29,984 nt of DNA from Octopus sinensis (Eukaryota): assembly GCF_006345805.1 (NCBI RefSeq), contig NW_021833490.1, forward strand, positions 1 to 29,984. The letters are read 5' to 3'. The first letter of the stretch is position 1; each line of letters starts with the position of its first letter. A program made the translations under genes and the position numbers. The notes beneath the pieces are model-generated. The model worked only from the letters and a program-made list of their open reading frames with translations. It was not told the DNA's origin and made no database searches. Shown piece by piece: positions 1 to 9,258 of this stretch.

Positions 1-29
1 TACGGCATTTTTATAATTAAACATTATTG

Positions 30-124
30 AGAAATATATATAAAAAAATCAAAATATTTTGTGCATTGCACATTAATTTTAACAAAACCTTATATGAAAC
101 CCCAAGGGCCATATGGACCCTGGG
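30..124 (-). mobile_element. Partial copy of the hAT-like MITE family at 499-736, opposite orientation
   Basis: Reverse complement reads GGGTCCATATGGCCCTTGGGGTTTCATATAAGGTTTTGTTAAAATT, which aligns with 516-561 (GATCCGTATGGCCCTTTGGGTTCCAAATAAGATTTTGTTGTAAAATT). Terminal inverted repeat not preserved. Boundaries approximate. Confidence 0.5.
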
Positions 125-470
125 AAGGAAGCAGTGGAGAGAGAACGACCTCAGATTCGAGAAACGAAATTTGAAAACTATGAAAAAATTTCACAAAAAT
201 GAGGAACATCTCCCTTCTTGCTTTTAATTAAGAACAAAACAAAAACCCTGAAAATCGAATCACATGAACGCTGTAGACTAGTGATTTTTTATAGCAAGGC
301 AGGCCCTGCGGGTGGGGCGACGACGTGTGAGAATGTAGAAAGAAGGGGACAAGTTGATTGTTTTAATTAGAATTAAGGATTTTATCTTTTTAAACTTGTT
401 TCATAGCAAAGGAAGACGCGTTGGTCAAAGTAAGAAGAGGAATGATAAAGGCCAAATTGTGAGAATCCAC

Positions 471-831
471 AGGCGGCAAACTGGCAGAATCGTTAGATCA
501 ATGGTCCTCAACCGTGATCCGTATGGCCCTTTGGGTTCCAAATAAGATTTTGTTGTAAAATTGGTTTTACTTCCACAATGCATCAACTATTTTAACAAAT
601 CTTTTATACACTACCTAATAATATTCAATAATAAAAATATAAAGGGATTTTTAAAATATGGAATGGTTTTGAGGGTCCACCCGAGTAAAATATGAATCAA
701 AGACGACCGTCAGTAATAAATGGTTGAGAAACACTGGGCTAGAAACTCGGCAGACGGAGTTCAAATCCCGCTGAGGTCAGTTTCGCTTTTCATTCTTTCG
801 CAGTCGATCAAAAAAAAAAAAAAAAAAAAAA
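471..831 (+). mobile_element. tRNA-type SINE (family A), 5' part, interrupted by a MITE and ending in an A-run
   Basis: Head AGGCGGCAAACTGGCAGAATCGTTAG (471-496) matches the A-box region of other copies. After the MITE it resumes with B box GAGTTCAAATCCCG and CTGAGGTCAGTTTCGCTTTTCATTCTTTCGCAGTCGATC, then an A-run at 810-831. Confidence 0.7.
499..736. mobile_element. hAT (Charlie-like) MITE
   Basis: Imperfect 15 bp TIRs CAATGGTCCTCAACC (499-513) and GGTTGAGAAACACTG (722-736). The 8 bp flanks CGTTAGAT and GGCTAGAA match at 5/8, as expected for a decayed TSD. CAGTG-type ends with 8 bp TSDs are typical of hAT elements. Confidence 0.65.
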
Positions 832-1009
832 TTCAAGGCAATTGGCCCAATTCTAAGAACGTCGAACCCGATGTCTAGCGGTACCTGTTCCAGCTCTTTC
901 AGTTTTGGGTTCAAATCCTGCCATTCCCTATAAGACTCATTCCATCGCAACTTGGGGTGCCTTTAGTGAAGTCCACGGCGTTGCAAGCCAGATTCACTGT
1001 TTAGGGATA

Positions 1010-1086
1010 CCTTCCTTCCTCCCTCCCTCCCTCCCTTCCTTCCTTCATTCATTCCTTCCTTCATTCCTTCTTTCCTTCCTTCCTTC
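1010..1086. repeat. (CCTT/CCCT/CATT)n tetranucleotide microsatellite
   Basis: Directly visible. Confidence 0.9.
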
Positions 1087-1219
1087 CGTCTCAGAGGCCC
1101 TTGTAAAGGGCCATGGGCACTACTTTCCCTTCTGACCAAAGAGTAAAAGAAACCACTGGGTGCTGAATATTTTCTGGAATCCATTTCGTTGTTGGTGATG
1201 CTGGAGTTTATCCAATAGC

Positions 1220-1780
1220 GACGGTGGCGGTGGCGGTGGTGGTGAGTGAGCGGGTTGTGGTAATGGCGGTGACATTGGTGGTGGTGGTGAGGCGTGGTAG
1301 GTGACTGGTGGTGTTTGCCGTCGGTGAGTGAACCAAAGGTGGTGGTGGTGGTGGTGGTTTGTGTGACGAAGTAAAGTAAACCATTGAGAGATAAAGGAAA
1401 GGGGGAGTGTGGGGGGGTATAAAACGTGTATATGGAAGTGGAGGTGGAGGAGGAGGCGATGTGGAAGAGTAAGGGAGATAAAAGAGCAAGGGTTATTAAA
1501 GTGAGGGAAGAGGTGGTGGTGGTGGAATTGAGAGGGGGGAAATGGGGGAGAAGGGAAGGGTTGTAGGTGGGGGTGCTACTTCTTCAATTATCACCCCATT
1601 TTGTCTTTTGTTATATTCTGCAACGACCGCCTGCAGCCTAAACGTCGCCGCCACCACCACCACCACCACCACCACCACCACCACCACTACCACCTCCACA
1701 GTCATTTCCCCTTTTTAACCCCCCACCTCCCACGCGATGGTTGCACCATCCAGCTACTCTACCATACACACACACACATA

Positions 1781-1814
<34 letters not shown>
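1220..1814. repeat. Low-complexity block: degenerate (GGT)n, then (CCA)n at ~1650-1698 and (CA)n at ~1765-1814
   Basis: Directly visible. Explains the poly-P, poly-H and poly-V ORFs. Confidence 0.9.
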
Positions 1815-1950
1815 TAGTGTGGGTGACCTTTAGCCATCACAGACACAATAACATAGAAAGTTAGAGACATTGCTGTTGTTGATGACGGTCATGTTGATGA
1901 TTATGATGATGAAGGTGAGGAGGGGGATGAGTCTGTTGATGGTAACAACA

Positions 1951-2173
1951 AATAACAATAATGGTTTCAAAATTTGGCGCAAGGCCAGCAATTTCCGGAG
2001 AGGGGTAAGTTGATTAAATCAACCCCAATGTTTAATTCGTACTTATTTTATTGACCCCGAATGGATGAAAGGCAAAGTTAGCCACGGCGGAATGTGAGCT
2101 CAGAACGCCAAGACGGACGAGATGTCGCTAAGCATTTTATCCGCCGTGCTAACGATTCTGTCAGCGTGTCGCC
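1951..2173 (-). mobile_element. tRNA-type SINE family A, full length, tail type 1 (…TTTTGAAACCATTATT)
   Basis: Minus strand reads GGCGACACGCTGACAGAATCGTTAG (A box) … GAGCTCACATTCCG (B box-like) … TTTGCCTTTCATCCATTCGGGGTCAATAAAATAAGTAC … CCTTGCGCCAAATTTTGAAACC followed by an (ATT)-like tail. Confidence 0.85.
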
Positions 2174-2182
2174 TTAACATTT

Positions 2183-2383
2183 TCTTCTAAAGGCACAAGG
2201 CCTGAGATTTCGGGGGAGGGTACTAGTCGATTATATAGACCCTAGTGTTCAACTGGTACTTATTCTATCGATCGCCAAAAGGCAAAGTCGATCCCGGCGG
2301 AATTTGAACTCCGAACATAAAGGTGGGCGAAATACCGCTAAACAATTCGTCCGGCGTGCTAACGAGTCTGCTAGCACGCCGCC
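2183..2383 (-). mobile_element. tRNA-type SINE family A, full length, tail type 2 (…CAGGCCTTGTGCCTTTAGAAGAAA)
   Basis: Minus strand reads GGCGGCGTGCTAGCAGACTCGTTAGCACGCCGG … GAGTTCAAATTCCGCCGGGATCGACTTTGCC. It lies head-to-tail with the copy at 1951-2173. Confidence 0.85.
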
Positions 2384-2566
2384 TTGAAGAATAATCATAA
2401 TAATAACAATAATACGTTGACCCAAGGCCCAAATATTTATTGGCGAGCATAAGGAAAGGATGGGTGTAGTTGTCTGAATCGAAGCACTCTACGTTGGTTT
2501 AATACCGGAATGGGGTTTATGGATGTGAGAGGAATCGAAGACAAAAGCACTGGATTGATTCCAATG

Positions 2567-2771
2567 CTTATTCTTGTTTAATTAGTTTCCAGTGGTTATC
2601 CATCGCAAACCCAGATGATAGATGCTTAGTTAAATAATAACTCGCGGCTAACTGTATCTAGAAGAAGGACAGAATAATGTTTCCCATTAACATTTGATAA
2701 ATAATATACACACCAACACCCATACACACCCCCACACGCCCATGCTTTTAAAGCAGTGGTTCTCAAAGCGC
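2567..2771 (+). repeat. Diverged dispersed repeat, copy 1 (homologous to 3589-3753)
   Basis: Shares ATAAATAATATACAC, CCCACACGCCC and TAAAGCAGTGGTTCTCAAAGCGC with 3589-3753. Similarity is weaker upstream. Confidence 0.6.
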
Positions 2772-3013
2772 CTAAGGCTATAAATGACAGCGTTCAAATA
2801 TGGGGTTGAAAAACCCTTTTGGGAGAAAATGTCTAAGGCTCCCCTTGGCATTTTTGCTCTCCAAAAGGGATTTTCAAGCCAATAATTATATGTGCCAAAA
2901 TTTGTTACATGCTATTATTTATAGCTTTAGGTGTTTCGAGGTCCACAGTTTCAAAAACAAATCATTTCACTTTCTCTCAAACGTTTATAAATTCATATGA
3001 CGTCAGCAGCGCG

Positions 3014-3050
<37 letters not shown>

Positions 3051-3272
3051 ATGTATGTATAACTATCTAGAATTGAAACATAGACAGTTGTAATGGACAT
3101 TTCTACCCTGTATTCAGATAACTAAATGACCTGTCAGTATTTTAACGAAATACAGAAATAGTCAAAGTAACACAGCTAATTACATTTCATCTACATGTCT
3201 GTGGGGAGAACAAACAGAGAGATGGCGACACACTGCCAGTTTTATTTTATATCGTAACTGGTGAATAATAGC

Positions 3273-3370
3273 GTCGGTTATAACAATACCCCAGTTTTTG
3301 ACTAGTAATTTATTTTATCAACACCAGGAAGATGAAAGACGGCAAAGCTGATTTCAGTAGGAATTGAACC
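3273..3370 (-). mobile_element. Degenerate SINE family A fragment
   Basis: CCCCAGTTTTTGACTAGTAATTTATTTTATCAACACCAGGAAGATGAAAG…CAAAGCTG…GGAATTGAACC aligns with the reverse complement of the body and B box of other copies. Confidence 0.6.
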
Positions 3371-3588
3371 CGGTCTGTAAAAGCTGTATAAAATACAGTT
3401 GTTGTAATTTTTCTTGTTTAACCAAAAGTCAACCTTGATGGAATAAATCTAGCCGTGAGTATCTTGTCTTTTAAGAGATATCTACCAGTAAGTTATATAA
3501 CATTGCCTCTTTTCAAAATATAGTAAGCTGTGATTTAATGAAGATTTGGTGGTTATTTCTAGCTGTTCCATGTGGGTTCTCCCGTTGG

Positions 3589-3753
3589 CTTATTCCTATT
3601 GTTACTGTTTAGCCCAAATTCAACCCTGATGAAAATAATTTTCCTACCGTGGCCATCCTGTCCTGTAAGAAGTATCAACGTTTCCAGTTAACACTTAATA
3701 AATAATATACACCCCCACCCACACGCCCGTTAAAGCAGTGGTTCTCAAAGCGC
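3589..3753 (+). repeat. Diverged dispersed repeat, copy 2
   Basis: See 2567-2771. Confidence 0.6.
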
Positions 3754-4216
3754 ATCTCGTTCCCTTCGTAATGATTCATATTGCTGTTTGACGAGAAGTA
3801 AATTTAGAAAAGACAACGCCTTGGTCATCAATGACATTCCAGCAGTCGTGACCACCCGACCAACCATTTATTCAGACATATCTATGAGGCGTTTAATTCA
3901 CCTAGAAGTGAGGTATATTTTGCTGTTATTTCTAGCATATCGAACCACTGTACAGAGATTTCCTCGTTAATAATGGTGGAACAGAAATGGCCGACGACTT
4001 CAATATGTAAGAAAAACAAAAACAAGGAAGCAAAAGTACAATAAAGAAAGAGTCAGGATAACCTTATAATGGACGGCGAAGTTTCCAATAGGAAGTCCAG
4101 CCTGATTCCGTCCAATGACGCCACAAACACGGTGACCATAATGTTAAATAGTAATCTAGTCCAGATGGCCACCTCTGACAGTTATCATTTTTGTCTCTCT
4201 ATACACTTCTCATGGG

Positions 4217-4239
4217 TTCTCTCTCTCTCTCTCTCTCTC

Positions 4240-4318
<79 letters not shown>

Positions 4319-4424
4319 TTGCTTGTCCACTCACTCACTCACTCACTGTGTCTATGCGCGTATATATAATTTATATGTAATATGTTGGTTAGAAGTGTTC
4401 ATATATAAATGCGTGTATATATAT

Positions 4425-4468
<44 letters not shown>
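4217..4468. repeat. (CT)n, (ATCT)n and (TA)n microsatellites
   Basis: Directly visible. Confidence 0.9.
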
Positions 4469-4469
<1 letters not shown>

Positions 4470-4619
4470 CCAATATAAATGCATATCTGTATAAAATTAC
4501 GCAAACACACACCCAGATGTATATAGACCTACCCCAGAACAGGAATTAATTATCACAAATCAACTAAGCGTAATTAATAAGGGTTACTGCTTTACGACAG
4601 ACGAAATGACAAAGTCCAT

Positions 4620-4715
4620 ACGCCATTTGGCAAACAACCAATCAGAGGCGTCGCTCGATTACTGACGCTGCCGGTCTCTGCTTACAACTCTATATATTCG
4701 CCATCTGCGAACATG
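4620..4715. promoter_or_regulatory. Possible promoter or enhancer-like motif cluster
   Basis: AACCAATCAGAG (NF-Y/CCAAT consensus), CGCCATTT and CGCCATCT (YY1-like), TGACG half-CRE and TATATATT, with locally high CpG density. Motif matches only; no transcript evidence. Confidence 0.25.
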
Positions 4716-4789
4716 TAACCTTATCTCTTCGAATCATCTCTTTTAGACATGGCCTCACATAATTCCATACGACGATGATGGATGGCGAT

Positions 4790-5121
4790 TGCGATGACGA
4801 CGGCGATGCTGATTATGATGATGATGATGATGATGATGATGGTTGTGGTTGTGGTGGTGGTGGTGGTAGTGAGGATGACATATATTGTTATTGTTGGCGT
4901 TAGTATTTCTATCATCATCATCATCGTCGTCGTTGTCATCACCATCATCATCATCATCATCATCATCATATCATCATCATTATCATCATCCTGCTGTTTT
5001 CGCAGTATAATCGAGTTCAGGTGTTGTAAATGTGTGTGTGTGTGTGTGTGAGTGTGTGTGTGTGTGTGTGTATGTGAGTGTGTGTGTGTGTGTGTGTGAG
5101 TGTGTGAGTGTGTGTGTGTGT

Positions 5122-5153
<32 letters not shown>
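4790..5153. repeat. (GAT/CAT/GGT)n trinucleotide tracts followed by a (GT)n/(GTGA) tract
   Basis: Directly visible. Confidence 0.9.
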
Positions 5154-5154
<1 letters not shown>

Positions 5155-6064
5155 CCTCCAGTGTGTACATACTTTTGTAGTCGTCGTCGTAGTTTCTAAT
5201 GCTATTGACATTGTACTCTTATACTCCTCCTCCTCCTCCTCCTCATTGTCATAATTAATATTTGAGAACTGATATTTCTCCTCCACCACTCTCCCCGTCC
5301 CACTCCGTGCCCCAGGATATGACATATTACTATTATCAGTCAGATGAGGAAAAAAAACATACTATTCCTAATAGCATCATCATCAGCAGCAGCAGCACCA
5401 CCACCTCCACCACCTCCACCACCAGGGTCGGCATCCTCCACTACCACCTCCACCACCGTAATCATCAACACATACATCAGCAGCACCAACACCAACAGCA
5501 CAATCGCTGCCAATGGCAACAACATCATCGACATTACCATAATCGCAAAGTGGCCAAACTGGAGCAACTAAAAATAGCAGCCGAATCTCCCTCAAACCAA
5601 ACTGTGGTAAGTCGTGCTAGCGACGCTGCTAAAGATTAGTAAACATTATTAACACAAGAGTTAGTATATACTAAGAAATATTAGCAAGCACTAAATAGTT
5701 CCGATTACCACTAACTATTATTAACGATACTTATCAAAACTGACCATTGCTGACGAGAACTGACTAATACAAACAAGTACTAGCAAGTACTAAACTGCCC
5801 TGATCAGAACGAAACAGTATCAGCTAATATTGAATATAACTAACTTTGCAAACCACTACTGTCAAGAATGAAACAGAAGTCTCCACTACTTACGACTACT
5901 AACTAGTACTAAATATTACAGGCACTGACTGTTATTAGTACCAGTGCTAACCCGTTGCAGCCAATATTCCACGATACAAAGCAACATCAACCAGTACCAA
6001 CTAATTCTAACCAGCGTTAACAGAACTAAAATTATGCATACAAGTATGTATATGTAATACACAC

Positions 6065-6085
6065 GTACATATATATATATATATG

Positions 6086-6146
<61 letters not shown>

Positions 6147-6430
6147 TCTAACACATATGTATGGATGTATATTATATATGCGTATATACACCACATATTA
6201 TATGTATATATATATAAACATACATTAATATGTATATGGTGTGTGATATATAGTTATCTATCTATAGGTACAAATATGTTGTATATCTATCTATCTACAA
6301 ATATATAATATGCTGTAATTCATATGTATATATATATATATATATATAGCATATATATAAATATTATATATATATATATATGTATGCATATGCATATGTA
6401 TACATATGTGTGCACGTACTCATATATGTA
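6065..6430. repeat. (TA)n-rich compound microsatellite
   Basis: Directly visible. Confidence 0.9.
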
Positions 6431-6783
6431 TATGAATGTTCTGTGTAAAAGAACTAAACAGCGCCACAGTGGAAGCAGCTTGTCAGTGAAGCCAGTACAG
6501 ACTTCAATACGATGTATGAAAGATGGCTGCCGTTTCTCGAAGCGGGGTATTTAATACGATCATAGTTGACACATGTCTGTTTTACACAACTGTTAGAGGA
6601 GCGGATTAGAAGGTTGGACAATAAGTTAGCTGAGGACAATGCTGGCCCTACTTCCACACACACACACACAGAGTTGTGTAAGTGCTTGCGTGCGTGCATA
6701 TGCATGCATGTGTATCTTGCGTGGATGCTTGACTGCGCGCTGCGTATATTCATATATGCAGATAGATATGGTTTTCCGGTGTT

Positions 6784-6823
<40 letters not shown>

Positions 6824-6883
6824 GTGAAACAAACAAGAAAATAGATCTCAAAACAGATCATTTTTTTTATTAGCCATCAAGAG

Positions 6884-6994
6884 TTGCAAAGTGACACAAG
6901 GGCCGAGAGTTTCGCGTATTGGTACTTATCAAACTCATCAAAAGTTAGACTAGTACCAAAGTACGAAACTCTCGACCTTCGAGTCACTTTGCAA
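6884..6994. repeat. Imperfect inverted repeat (hairpin) with ~43 nt arms
   Basis: TTGCAAAGTGAC (6884-6895) is the exact reverse complement of GTCACTTTGCAA (6983-6994). GGCCGAGAGTTTCGCGTATTGGTAC (6901-6925) pairs imperfectly with GTACCAAAGTACGAAACTCTCGACC (6953-6977). Confidence 0.8.
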
Positions 6995-7133
6995 GGCCTA
7001 CTGATTAATATCTATCTATCTATACACACATATATATGCATATTTTTCGTTCCCTCCCCCCTCTCACTCTCCACGCGCGCGTGCACGCACGCACACAGCC
7101 ACGCGCGCGCAAACGCACACACTCATTCACACA

Positions 7134-7134
<1 letters not shown>

Positions 7135-7198
<64 letters not shown>

Positions 7199-7213
7199 TA
7201 TATATATATATAT
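7135..7213. repeat. (ACT)~21 followed by (TA)n
   Basis: Directly visible. Confidence 0.95.
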
Positions 7214-7273
7214 CGCTATGGGCTCTGTGTGGGCAGTCATCTAAAAGTTTTTGTGCATCTTGATGCTGACATA

Positions 7274-7376
7274 AGTTCCTTGTTTTTCCTGATGAGAAGG
7301 CGGCATAATGCACCCCTTATTCCTTCGAAATTAGGAATATGCAGCCTTCGAAACATATGTCGAAAATAAAGGAACT
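7274..7376 (+). ncRNA. Type I hammerhead ribozyme (Penelope/retrozyme type)
   Basis: Core CTGATGA at 7289-7295. Stem II GAAGGC (7296-7301) pairs with GCCTTC (7344-7349), extended by GCATA/TATGC and TTCCT/AGGAA. GAAA at 7350-7353. Stem III is AC-ATAT-GT. GTC cleavage triplet at 7359-7361. Stem I 7274-7288 pairs with 7362-7376 (5 bp, 2x2 internal loop, 8 bp). Confidence 0.9.
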
Positions 7377-7428
7377 TTGTTAATTCGTCGTTCAACTCCA
7401 TTCTTTCATTTATTTGTATATATATATA

Positions 7429-8435
7429 GTAGAAATATGTTACGAAAAGAAAATATAAAATACACGTGCAAATGTAAGGGTAAAATATGAAAAATCAACG
7501 AAAATGCATATTGCAGATAGAAAAAGGCTTTTTATGACACGTAGTGACAAATATATACATTAAGATTGACTGAGGTAGTAATACGAGTCATAAAGGTCAT
7601 TATTATGAGATGATTATAAGATGATAATAAAGTAAGAGAGCAAAACGAACCAATGGTTTACGCGAAGGCTATTCATCGTTTGAACAACAATACGGTGTCA
7701 GGTCTAATAGTTCCTGAGAAAAAAGATTATTTGTAAGGGAGGTAAGTAGTTCTGGATTATTTGTAAGGGAGGTAAGTAGTTCTGGAATTAGAGATGTGAG
7801 TGATGTAGGTAGTGTATAGGGTTTAATGGTTTCAATTGAAGAGTTAGTGGTGTTCTGTATTGAGTTGTGTGTTCATATTTAGTTGGGGGAGGAATTTGTT
7901 GACGAAAAATGCATCTTTATTCAACCTTTGTTGAATTGTGGTGTTCTGTGAACATTGATAAAAGGGAAAGATTTGGAAATTGGGATTAAGATTCCTGGCA
8001 CATCTTTCTATGGGTTCACTCACCTTTAACTGTCTGTATTGTGGGTGGCGGATTTGCTCTTTGTGAATGGTGATTCTTTGACGGAGCGAAATTCCTGTTC
8101 GTCCAATATAGAGTTTACCACATCCTATGCATGTCATGACAGAGATTACATTTGCTGAGGCGCAGGTGAAATTTGGTTTGATCCTAAATATTTCTCCTTG
8201 TTTGAAGGGAAATTCCGAACCCTCCAGAAGGTGGGGGAATGTTCCACAGTTGGAACGTCCACATTTTGTCACTTTTGGCTCAGTAGTTAGTGGGTAAAGT
8301 CTAGCGCTGGTTAATATTCTTTTCAGTGACTTCGGTTGCTTTTTGCTTTTTATAATTTTATATGAGCTTAAAATTCCGTTCATTGTTTTGTCTGCTGTGA
8401 GGAGGGGAAGGTTTTGGGTGATGATGTTGAAGGCT
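7429..8435 (-). mobile_element. 5'-truncated Penelope-like retroelement: endonuclease end plus 3' untranslated region
   Basis: Contains the GIY-YIG ORF. Bounded by (TA)n tracts at 7417-7428 and 8436-8446. A 30 bp direct tandem duplication lies in the 3' region (7725-7754 and 7755-7784). The extent of the 3' region is inferred from the TA tract. Confidence 0.8.
7844..8434 (-). pseudogene. C-terminal GIY-YIG endonuclease domain of a Penelope-like element (truncated, probably inactive)
   Basis: The frame is open from 8434 (AFNIITQNLPLLTADKT, then MNGIL…IIKSKKQPKSLKRILTSARL…) through NVISVMTCIGCGKLYIGRTG…LRQRITIH…RLNKDAFFVNKFLPQLN. This matches the Penelope NVIY…CxxC…YIGxT pattern. Apparent substitutions at conserved sites: GIY Tyr to Ser, VSEH to VSEP, catalytic Glu to Asp. 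Confidence 0.88.
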
Positions 8436-8458
8436 TATATATATATTTAACTTATAAG

Positions 8459-8735
8459 TAAGGGCTAAAGAAAATTATTTCAATGCTAATATGCTGATAA
8501 CAGACTATTAAATCGTCAATTTCCACATATTTACTCGCTACAGAAAAAACCGAAGAACTGAAATCGGGCAAGCCGGCCGATAGAATTTTTTTAAAAAGTT
8601 CGTTATTTCAACCGGCCGGCTTGCTCGATTTCAGTTCTTCGGTTTTTTCTGTACCGAGAAATAATATGTGGAAATTGACGATTTAATAGTCTGTTATCAG
8701 CATATTAGCATTGAAATAATTTTCTTTAGCCCTTA
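8459..8735. mobile_element. Foldback MITE with ~121 bp TIRs and an 8 bp TSD (hAT-like)
   Basis: Arms 8459-8579 (TAAGGGCTAAAGAAAATTATTTCAATGC…CAAGCCGGCCG) and 8613-8735 are near-perfect reverse complements. CTTATAAG flanks both sides (8451-8458 and 8736-8743). Confidence 0.88.
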
Positions 8736-8844
8736 CTTATAAGTGTTTATAATTTTAACCTTAAAGGTGTTTTAATATGCTGCACATTTTTTGATGGAAT
8801 TTTTTTCTGTAGAAAAAACTTCATCCTATATTTGTAGTACTAAA

Positions 8845-8880
8845 TACATACATATATATATATCTATATAATATATATAT

Positions 8881-8917
<37 letters not shown>

Positions 8918-8995
8918 TTAATATATATATATATATAAATACATATATATATATAATACATATATATATATATATTGTGTGTGTGTGTGTTGTTT
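8845..8995. repeat. (TA)n/(GT)n microsatellite
   Basis: Directly visible. Confidence 0.9.
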
Positions 8996-9206
8996 ATATA
9001 TTTACATTTACAGACCACACACACACATTCTTTTCGGGTACACATCTAGGTTAGGCTGCGATTTTTTAGGACCATTAATAGCATCGTTTTGTAGGAAGGC
9101 CGTGGTGAGTAATTGTCTCATTTTGAAAGAGAAAAGTTAGAAATGACAAACGAACAGGATGCTGAAGGACACGTTTTAAAGGGAATAAGAAATGTGCGTG
9201 GGGGGG

Positions 9207-9258
<52 letters not shown>

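Noticed and set aside
841-960. B-box-like GGGTTCAAATCCTGCC suggesting a tRNA gene
   Set aside because: No cloverleaf; most likely a SINE remnant too degraded to delimit.
5262-5639. Q/H-rich ORF resembling a transcription-factor low-complexity region
   Set aside because: Built from CAC/CAG/CAT repeats and open in several frames on both strands; no recognisable domain or clear splice sites.
5640-6030. ACT/TA-biased region with a cryptic periodic look
   Set aside because: No consistent repeat unit; best explained as an eroded (ACT)n microsatellite.
6583-6620. LLEER peptide appearing both here and at ~9903-9920
   Set aside because: A five-residue match with no flanking similarity; likely coincidence.
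7650-7690. Possible hammerhead in the Penelope-sense 3' region (minus strand ACGATGA…TAAAC…GTT)
   Set aside because: Multiple core mismatches and no stem II.
9069-9110. Strong donor GTG|GTGAGT with a possible 35 nt micro-exon (similar isolated sites at ~9740 and ~10630)
   Set aside because: Isolated splice-like words are common in 30 kb and cannot be linked to a gene.
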